NCBI RefSeq assembly: GCF_964355755.1
Contig: NC_092678.1
Coordinates: forward strand, 24,011,365 to 24,075,364
Source of the DNA: Antedon mediterranea
Lineage: Eukaryota > Animalia > Echinodermata
Length of the DNA stretch: 64,000 nucleotides
Direction of reading: 5' to 3'
The translations under genes and the position numbers were made by a program. Below, one piece after another: positions 37,046 through 46,873 of this stretch. The notes beneath the pieces were generated by a model. That model saw only the letters and a list, made by a program, of their open reading frames with translations, had not been told where the DNA came from and ran no database searches. How positions within the stretch are numbered: position 1 is the first letter of the stretch; every line of letters starts with the position of its first letter.

Positions 37046-38955
37046 AATTATAATACAGGACAGTTTCCACAGCAATGGGCAACCAGCCTTATTGTCCCAA
37101 TATTTAAAAAAGGTGACAAAGAACAACCAGAGAATTATAGAGGAATATCACTTATTCCCGTTTTTGCTAAAATTTTCCTACATATTATCAATAAAAGATT
37201 ACAATTTTGGGCAGAAGATAATAACATTCTACATCAGGAACAAGCCGGTTTTAGAAAGGGGTTCAGAACATCGGATAATGTATTATTCTTAACACAATCA
37301 TTAATAAATACCTAGGAAAAAAACGTGGGAAAGTATATGTTGCTTTCATTGATTTTAAACGAGCCTTTGACTCCGTAGGACATCAATATCTTCACATAAA
37401 ACCAAAAAATTCAGGAGTAAAAGGAAAAATGTTAAACGTTATTAATTCAATGTACAATAAGTTATCAGCACATGTTAAGGTCGACGGCAACATTAGTAAT
37501 TCTTTCAAATGTCTAATAGGTATACAACAGGGTTCGCCACTCTCGTCCTTTTTATTTAATGTTTTTATTAATGATTTGAGTGAAACATTAAATGAGGAAG
37601 GCGACGAGCATAGAATCCAAATAGGAAATCTAAAAATTAATCATTTACTCTATGCAGATGACCTTATGTTATTTGGTGATACCGTTTATGGTCTACAATA
37701 TTATTTAAACAAGTTATCTACCTATTGTACAAGATGGAATGTAACTGTCAATATTAACAAGAGTAATATTATGGTGTTTAAGAATGGTGGTAATCTTAAC
37801 AAATTTGAAAAATGGAATTACAATGGAAATACAGTTGACATTGTCAAATCCTTTAAATATTTAGGAGTTGTTTTCAACTCAAATGGTAATTGGAATAAAG
37901 CCAAAGAATACAATTGTCAACAAGCTAATAAGGCTTTGTTCACATTAAAAGGATTGACCCATAGACGTTTTGGTAACCTCCAAGTTAATATATGGAACCA
38001 TATATTTGATGTTAAGATTATGCCAATCTTCCTTTATGGTAGCGAAATATGGGGTTTAAATGATATATCAGTATTAGAGAAAGTTCATCTAAGATTCTGT
38101 AAATACATTCTAGGAATAGGTAATTCTGCACCAAGTGTTGCAGTGAGAGGAGAATGTGGAAGATTCACTATCCAAATTCAAATTATCATTAATATAATTC
38201 GTTATTGGCTTAGAGTAAACCAAATGGATAATGACAAATTTATTAAACAATGTTATGATTTTCAATATAGAAAAGCTCAAAGAAATGAGCAATGTTGGGC
38301 CAATGACGTAAAACAAATACTATGCATAAATGGATTTGGTAACATATGGTACTCACAACAGGTTAATAATATATATACTTTTATTTCAAATTTTAAACAC
38401 AGGCTTACAGACATTGAACGACAGAAATTCTACGAAGATACTAGGCTACACTCTAAGCTCCAATATTACAAGCACGTTAAATATAAGTTTGGAATTGAAG
38501 AATATCTAACAAAAGTAACAAATTACAAACATAGACAAATTATGACTAAGATACGACTAGGAATTTTAGAATTAGAAATTGAAAAATGAAGATGGAATTG
38601 TATAAATAGAAATGAAAGATTATGCAAATTATGTGCTTTACAATCAATTGAAGATGAATATCATTTCACTTTAGTTTGTCCATTTTATTCAGATATTAGA
38701 ACTAAATATATGTTTTCTTTTTATACAAACAACCCAACTAAATCAAAATATATTTATCTTATGTCTGCCACAAATACTGATCTTATTGTTAAACTTGGAA
38801 AATATTTATTTTTTTCATTTAAACGTAGAACAGAATTTTTAAACGCACTCAACTGATATTTATTTAATATTGTATTACATTGTATATTATTTGGGCCAAT
38901 GGCCATATATAATAAATGTTTCTTGGATCTCTTGGATCTCCAAGAAAGATAGATA
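37046..38955 (+). mobile_element. 5'-truncated non-LTR retrotransposon (LINE, CR1/L2-group-like RT) with a frameshift and a premature stop
   Basis: RT motifs IVPIFKKG...NYRGISL, QAGFRKG, FIDFKRAFDSV, GIQQGSPLSSFLF, LLYADD, FKYLG, and C-terminal CKLC..EDEYHF..VC. Frameshift near 37280 and TGA at 38587. TSD GTTAAT at 37040-37045 and 38956-38961. The paralogous site at ~27541 is empty. Confidence 0.9.
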
Positions 38956-39159
38956 GTTAATGTTCGATGACAAGAGATGAATAAACAAAAAATAAGATTA
39001 TGGGAGTGGAGAGGCGCGGCATGCGGAGAGGATGACGGCATTGCGTCAACGTCATTGGCCAATAGAAACCACAATAGGCCTAAAATAGGCCTAACGGAAA
39101 TTTTCCATTCATGAATGCATTTGATTCAAAAGTGTAGTTGTCGTTGGAAAGGAAACACT

Positions 39160-42100
39160 ATGAATCTATTGGTCTTAATCGTTGTCAGTTTGCAAGTGTG
39201 CGTACCAGGTAAGAGATTAATCTATAAGTTGATTTAAAATATCAATCAATCCCTGATTCACAGTCTGTACTGATACTTTAGAAAGTAAAATGTGATGATG
39301 AAAATATTGCGGAAAAAAGGTATAATAATATTCATGGGATCACATTTTTAAAGCTTTCAGAATTGCGCGGAAAACGCCTAGACAAATCGATTCGTTTTCT
39401 ATAATTATAATAAACTTTCGATATATAGGTGGCCAATGCAATGTTTTTATGGACAATTTTCAATGATTCGGAACACGACAGAGTTTAGGGCTGGCTACGT
39501 CTTACTCAATGTTACTGTACACAAGTATAAGTCTATTATCTTGTTACGGGAAAATTAATACACTGATGCAAATTTATCCCACTTTTGCCTTAAGCGTGGT
39601 TCCCACTAGCGACGCAACACAAGGACGTAACGCAACGCAAGTGAATTGACCAATCACAAGCGAATAAGCCAACTGTCTATAACTTCGCTTGTCATTGGTT
39701 AAAACGCTTGCGTTGCGTTTACGTCCTTGCGTTGCGTCGCTAGTGGGAACCACGCTTTAGTTAGGAAAAGTTAAAAATAATTCGCAACAAAAGAGAGACG
39801 ACTCAGACAATAATTATTAAAGCTCGGTTTCCAATAGAGACGCAGAGCGCAAGGACTTAAGTACAACGGAAGCACTTTGACCAATCACAAGCGATGTGGA
39901 TTATTGGAACTGTCGCTTGTCATTAGTCAAACTCGCTTGTGCGTTGCGCGTTGTTACGGCCTTGCGTTGCGTCTCTAGTGGGAACAAGGCATAAAATGAA
40001 GCATGATTTCTTATAAAAAGGAATGTACTATTTAGTGAGCATGTGAAATGTCACATAATAAATCTATATACTTAATCTTCTATACATGTATTGAGTTATA
40101 AATAGCCTATTATAGAGCAAGCAGCAAACTTTGAACATTTTGTTTTCTATTCAATAATTTCTGAGAATACAGGGACCATTGTGTCATGCAGTTTATTGTT
40201 GTTGGAATTTGGAGGAATTTGGTAATTATCTTACGGCGAATTATATTTTTTCATGCCAAGTTGTTTTCTATTGTGGGTATTGTAAAAATCTCTTCACCCT
40301 CCACATACTTTTAACAATATTACCAAAACTATTTTTTAAAAGATATTGATATTAATGGAATGTAGTAATATTATTCACACTATTTATTCCAGCGAAATTA
40401 AAGAATTCAAGGTTTATCACTAATTCTACCTGAATACTATAGTACAATGTCTTACATACCAGTGCAACAAAGGCCTACTATTCTGAGTATTCGCATTCAT
40501 CACCGATTTACCACGAATCGAAAGCGTTAGCTTATACGCATGCGTAGAGAGGGATTTGGAAAAACATGGATCGCATGCGTATAAGCGGGCGGTTTTCGCG
40601 CGAACAAATTCGCCTAGTGGAAAATTACTGAATTTGAATAAAAACATTATTACGACGGGTGATGGAGAACACTAACATATAATATAGTGTGCTACTAAAA
40701 GTAGTTCATAATTTCATTTTAGCTTATAAAATAAAAAATATAAAGAAAGACTAATTCGAAATCAACACCAATACTTTATACTTAAATCCAAAAGTTTCTA
40801 ATGTAGCCGCCTGTGTTGGGTTGGTGTACCGTGAGAATAAGAATAATAATTTGGCGCGCATTTAAACACCTGCTATCCAAAAAAGTTCCTTTTCACACCA
40901 TTCTCCCAATTCACACATTTTCACCAAACACCTTTTTAGAAAAAAATAATTGGTAACTTTAGTGGCATGCTCGTCACAAATGGACAGATAGGCAAGTGTA
41001 GGCATTCGGTACCAAAATGCCAATTTTAAAATCAACGTTAATTGTAGTTGTTGTAAAATCTATGAATATTTGCGTCAAGCGGAAAATCCGTATTGGCCGG
41101 AGCGAAAGAGGAAGAGCAACTTCCTTTATTGCAGTATGCCAACTTATTAACACTATTGTGTATAACTCTATAATTACGCGGAATCTTTTGATCACGTTTA
41201 AATATAGTCCACCTTTTTTCCGTGTTCTAATAATAATTATTCCCGGACCATATTTAATTTAATTCGATTCGATTTTAATATTTATTTAATTTAATTCGAT
41301 TGTACAGCACAGAATTGGTAACGAAAACAACCAAACAAAGAGTTCGCATCCGGCACATAATGATCACGATTGGTCTAGTGGTATAAATAAGATATATAAT
41401 AATACAGAGTACTGTATTTATATTATTTATGCTTGATCAAACAATGGAATGAAGCTGTAACGGATTATGTGTTAGACTATTCAAACATTGTCACGTTCAC
41501 TCTTTTATATTACAATACCTACCTGTGGGCATAAAAGAACTGTTTGTATTAGCATAGGCCTACTGATTTTTACTCGGGGTACCCGAGTCTAGTACTTACT
41601 CATTTTCTCCTCCACCATCTGGACACTATTGAGTAAAAAGTGCGATTTTTAAAGTACTACTCCTCCCTTATTAGTTGTAGTATTGAGCTGGGATTTGGCA
41701 TGAACATACTACAGGGACATGTCCTCAAAGCTATGGAGCCGGATTTTTAATTTTTTGTTAATTAATTTGTTTAATTAAGAATCCACAATGTGTGACACAC
41801 ACCACAGCGTTATGTAGTTATATGGTTATATGCGGCTTCTTGGCGTAGTGGTTATCACGTTTGCTCAATACGCAGAAGGTACCTGGTTCAAGCCCGGGCT
41901 AAACCTTTTTTTTTAAACTTTATGGTGAAAAGTACTGTATACGCAATATGATAATTATACACAGTATATCTTATTATTATTTTTTTAAATACTTATTTTG
42001 TGTAATCGGTAATTATCACTTTTACACATGTTTATTTTGCTTTGTGCTTATTACCATTTATTTGTAATTTAAATGGATTAAAAAACTTTCTGTAACCCAC

Positions 42101-45100
42101 AATTTCAATGTAAGAGGTTTCGTAGTGTAGTGGTTGTCAAGTCTGCTTAACACGCAGAAGGTCCCGGTTCGAGCCCTGGCTTCTTTCGCTGTACCCCGAG
42201 TATTGCACATTCGTGCTTGTTAAATTAGTTTTTCTTTGAAAGATCTTTGTTTCCTTTAAAAAAAATTGTGTTTACTATTATTATTTTCACAGGATGTAGT
42301 GGCCACTTAGAATTGTGTGTGTTTTAGGAAACTTTTAAATATTATACATCATGTGCTTTTAACATTTTGCATCTAGTATTACGAATCTGATGAAAGTTCC
42401 GGTAATAACCACGAATATCGTTCCATTGTCTTTTTTTAGCGCTAAATGCAGAAGTGATATACGAAGGTGAAGACTGTAAGCGTGCATGCACTGGTGGTGA
42501 GAAAACCACCTGTAAATTCACATTTAAGGTAGAATGGTTCACCTCTATGTCAAAAGAATGTGGTGACTGTCCCACAAACATCACTCACTGCAAACAGAAA
42601 GACTGTATTCCATTAGATGGTGATCCGAGAGCAGTGATGGTTGTCAACCGGCAAATACCCGGTCCGTCAATTCAAGTATGTATTTTTTCATAAAACGGCA
42701 ACAGACATACTTCATCTACATACAAAGATGATGTTAAGATGATGTTAAGAGATTCACAACGTGAATGAGGAAAATACATAAAATAACAAAAGAAACAAAA
42801 ACACCAATTTCTGTTTCAAAGAAAGATATTTCTTATGATGATGATGATGATGATGATGATTATGAAATATAGTTTGTATGAAGAATGTAAGTAAATTTAT
42901 CCAAAAAAATCATGCTGATTAATGATTATGATTCATTTTCTTAAAGGCTTGTGAAAATGATACTATTGAAGTCAAAGTTGTCAATCAACTAGATAACTCA
43001 GAAGGACTGTCCATTCATTGGCATGGTCTCCACGCAAAGGGCACTCCATACATGGATGGAATCTCCATGTTAACACAGTGTCCAATTCCCTCGCAAGCTT
43101 CATTCTTGTATTCCTTCAAGGCTTTTCCAGCAGGTACCCATTGGTGGCACAGTCACTCAGGGATGCAGAGAGCAGACGGGTTATTTGGCTCTCTTATCGT
43201 AAGAAAACCAAAATCTGAAGAGTTTTACGAGTACGACCACGGACACGAACACGTATTACTAGTTAACGACTGGTTTCATGAATTGACAATTGCAAAGTTT
43301 ACAGGAAACCAGTATGGAAAAGGTAGTAATAAAGCCGATACTATTCTCATCAACGGGAAAGGGAATATTACCTATCAAGAAAATGGATTGGATAGTACAA
43401 CAAGAGAGATATTCACCGTTGAATATGGCAAGATATACAGATTTCGAACCATCAGCGGTGCAATTACTGATTGTGGTCTAAAAGTATCTGTAGATGATCA
43501 CAAGATATCTATGATAGCATCGGACGGAGCAGCAATTGATGCCCAAGAAACGGATTCATTTATCATCTACGCAGGGGAGCGTTTTGATTTCTTGTTAAAT
43601 GCTACAAAAGACAGGAAGAATTATTGGTTAAGAGTTCAAGGTGTCGAATCAGGATGTACGGGAAAGTCCCAACTTGCAATAATACAGTATGTTGGCCAAG
43701 ACGTAATTAGCGCAAACCAACTCCCTAACACAAATCAAACAACTGATGGTACTACTGTGAACACGCTTGAAAATAATATTGAAAAGAAAGATATAAGCAT
43801 TAGAAATTTGACGTCACGAGGTAAGATGTGGTTGCCAATATATGTAAAAAAAATCTCTTTCAAGACATCAATTATGGAAATGAAAATTTTTTTAAATACT
43901 ACAAATATTAAAATACTTCATTTATGTAAGAACGTATTTGTCCAGAATAGTAAATTGTTTCTATTGGATTCTTTTTTTTTTTACAGAAGATGATGACATG
44001 GCCTTTTCAGAGGAAGCAGATGAACAATATTACATCGGCATGGATTTTGGCAAAATAATGGGGACACCGCCACAACTTGACAGTATTAGCTTTAGCTTAC
44101 CTCCCTCGCCGCCGCTCAGTCAGTATGAAGATATACCAGAAGGAACATTCTGTGATGAAGAAACAAGCAAGAACTGCTCAACTCAATTATGCCGATGTAC
44201 ACGAACTATTCATGTAGGACTCAATAATGTAAGTACTTTAACAGTCGATTCTACTACTGTATATTGTCAGGAGACGCTATACAATATCCCATGGGATGAA
44301 TGTTGCTATCACAAGACACAATACTGAGGGATGTTTATTGTCGCTAGACATATGGTACTGTACATGCATAAGATAGTGCAGTACCAGGTACAAGAGCGGG
44401 ATTAGGCTCCTGTTTTAAATCCAATTCGTTTCATATTTCATAGTTGTTATAGGCCTCTTTTTGTATTAATTAATTTTTTAGGAAGAGGGAGAGTACTTAA
44501 TTTGGCTCATTTGTAGCTTTTGACCGATTTCTTGTTCAACGTTACAGGTTGTTGAGTTTGTAGTGGTTAACGAAGGGCAACAGTTTAGTACTAGTCATCC
44601 AATGCATTTGCATGGTCATTTCTTCCGAGTGATTGGCTTTGAGAAAATAGGAGAAGAAACCAGTGTTGAGCAGATCAAAGAAATGGATAAACAAGGTAAC
44701 AATACATACAAACAATCAACCTTTCCTAAGATCTAAAGGTTACTGAATGCCCTCGTTACAGCTGTGCTTCCTAGATTTTACCAGGAAACATTCCCGTCAT
44801 TGAACCGTTCCATAATATCATTGCATTTTGTTTGTTCTTCACGTATCACATGACCGTTCCACATAGTAAGACTTTTGCTCGTATACATAAAATCCGCGTA
44901 ACAATCTTTCATTTTTTTTTCTAAAGGACTTTTACCACGTGAGGCTCACTTATCCCTGAAGAAAGACACTGTAATTGTTCCTGATGGCGGGTACGTGATT
45001 CTCCGTTTCCATGCCAACAACCCTGGATGGTGGTTCTTTCATTGTCATTTGGAATTCCATGTTGAGGTAAACTTATTTAATTGAAATTTGTTTTATTTTA

Positions 45101-45467
45101 AATTATAGAAAAAAATGCAATCGATTTAACAACTCTCTATATATTGCGCGACTCATGAAAAGATGAGATCTAAGACGGACAGGGCCGAATACTACAATAT
45201 TATGAAGTTCTGTAATATGAAATGTGTTTTTATTTGTAGCTGGGCATGGCACTGATAGTACGAGTTGGTGAACAATCGGATCTTCCTCCTGTGCCGAACG
45301 ACTTTTATAAATGTGGTAACTTTCTAAACAGTCAAAGACAGGACGATTCAGAAGACGACTCGGATTGCAACGACAATATTGTCGCAATCGCAGTTTTGAG
45401 TGTTTGTTTAGGTGTTTCAGTTTTTGTTATTATTATTATTTGTTTGTTCTGGAAACTTAATAGATAA
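39160..45467 (+). CDS. Laccase-type multicopper oxidase, copy B; signal peptide and C-terminal transmembrane helix
   Basis: Exons 39160-39208 ([16 protein letters not shown]), 42440-42675, 42947-43820, 43987-44228, 44548-44695, 44927-45066, 45240-45467. The four Cu-binding motifs are as in copy A. Ends [45 protein letters not shown]. Confidence 0.92.
39593..39992. mobile_element. Two family B MITEs (39593-39756 with a TTA TSD; ~39821-39992)
   Basis: TIR AGCGTGGTTCCCACTAG...CTAGTGGGAACCACGCT. Confidence 0.85.
41834..41905 (+). pseudogene. Degenerate tRNA-Val-like sequence inside the HINE
   Basis: GGCTTCTTGGCGTAGTGGTTATCACGTTTGCTCAATACGCAGAAGGTACCTGGTTCAAGCCCGGGCTAAACC followed by a T-run; resembles metazoan tRNA-Val (GTAGTGGTTATCACGTCTGC...ACGCAGAAGGTCC). 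Confidence 0.65.
42117..42185 (+). pseudogene. Second tRNA-Val(AAC)-like sequence inside the HINE, with a damaged 3' acceptor strand
   Basis: GGTTTCGTAGTGTAGTGGTTGTCAAGTCTGCTTAACACGCAGAAGGTCCCGGTTCGAGCCC; anticodon arm TCTGC-TTAACAC-GCAGA is intact. Confidence 0.65.
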
Positions 45468-45605
45468 GCTAAGAAAAATATTTATCATACAATATTTTCC
45501 AATCTTATTATAGTGTTTGATATGGTTTCCATAGTTTTCTAAATTATCATGTAGTACAATTTTTTACTCTACAGGATTCGCTAAATTTAATATTGTGCTT
45601 GCTAA

Positions 45606-45795
45606 CGTTTGGTTTCCACTAACGACGCAACGTAACATACGCAACGTAAGAAAATGCCCTTCCGATAATTGTGTTTGCCCCCACCTGCGTCAAATCAAAC
45701 CTGCGATGTTTGCAGCACTCTTGCGTCGTCGGTTCCGCAATACATCACTTTGCGTCAATACGTGGCTGCGTTGCGTTGCTAGTGGAAACCACGCT
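45606..45795. mobile_element. Family B-related MITE downstream of laccase B
   Basis: TAA|CGTTTGGTTTCCACTAACGACGCAACG...CGTTGCGTTGCTAGTGGAAACCACGCT|TAA. Confidence 0.75.
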
Positions 45796-46286
45796 TAACT
45801 TGGTGGTGGTTGATATGGTAAATAGGTTTTTACTTTTTGTTTGTTAACATTTTTAAATATATATTCAAGTTGTAATTTTTTATTCTTCAGCAAGCTATTG
45901 CTGAATTACCAATTATTTAAAATCTGTAAACTTTGGGTGAAGATGATTTCTATGTCCTTAAAGACATCCAATTACTTTTTGTTTACCAAATAATACAACC
46001 TTTGTTATATTTAAGTTAGTACTTAACTAATATAATCTGTTTTAGTTTAGTTTAACTTTATATTAAAGATGTTAATTTTAGTATTTTCATACTCAGAAAT
46101 AAAAATTTATAAATGATGTTTATCTCTTGCTATGCAAACTGTTGTTTTGAAACACTGACAGTCACATTTATTATTATTTCTGTGACGCAGCACTTACTCA
46201 ATTGCTTTCCACTTAAATTAAAATAATAAGTAAGTCCTGAACGCTTTCTTTGTCGAATCTCCACTTTAACATCATAACGTTTCAAA

Positions 46287-46750
46287 TACTTCACCTAGCA
46301 ACTCTACTGTACTGCCAACAAGTTTAGTTAAAGTGAGTGCAGCGATGTCCACTTGACCAAATCAACATTAAAGTTTCTGATACTTCACCTACCAACTCTA
46401 CTGTACTTCCAACAAGTTTAGTTAAAGTGAGTGCAGCGATGTCCACTTGACCACATCAACATCAAAGTTTCTGATACTTCACCAACAACTCTACTGTACT
46501 GCCAACAAGTTAGTTAAAGTGAGTGCAGCGATGTCCACTTGACCAAATCAACATTAAAGTTTCTGATACTTCACTTAGCAACTCGACTGTACTGCCAACA
46601 AGTTTAGTTAAAGTGAGTGCAGCGATGTCCACTTGACCAAATCAACATTAAAGTTTCTGATACTTCACTTAGCAACTCGACTGTACTTCCAACAAGTTTA
46701 GTTAAAGTGAGTGCAGCGATGTCCACTTGACCACATCAACATCAAAGTTT
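46287..46750. repeat. 94-bp tandem repeat, about 5 copies, between the convergent 3' ends of laccase B and POLR1G
   Basis: TACTTCAC starts at 46287, 46381, 46475, 46567 and 46661. Confidence 0.92.
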
Positions 46751-46873
46751 TGTGGACAGTTCAGTTCTATTTCTGTCGATATGTGTTATGCAGATTAATT
46801 CCCCTTATCATTGAACATAACTGGTGCATAAAAAAAACTAAAAGTGAGTAAGTTCTTTGTAATACCTTAATTT

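Larger units (their letters stand above)
41570..42230 (+). mobile_element. Helentron-associated (HINE/DINE-1-like) non-autonomous element
   Basis: 5' end: T-run, then subTIR TACTCGGGGTAC overlapping a short inverted repeat (CCCGAGT). 3' end: subTIR GTACCCCGAGTA (42191-42202), hairpin GCAC-ATTC-GTGC, then TAGTTTTT. Absent from the paralogous intron of laccase A (~32455-32500). Confidence 0.7.

Noticed and set aside
41834-42185. Functional tRNA-Val genes
   Set aside because: Acceptor and T stems are broken and both copies sit inside a transposon-like element.
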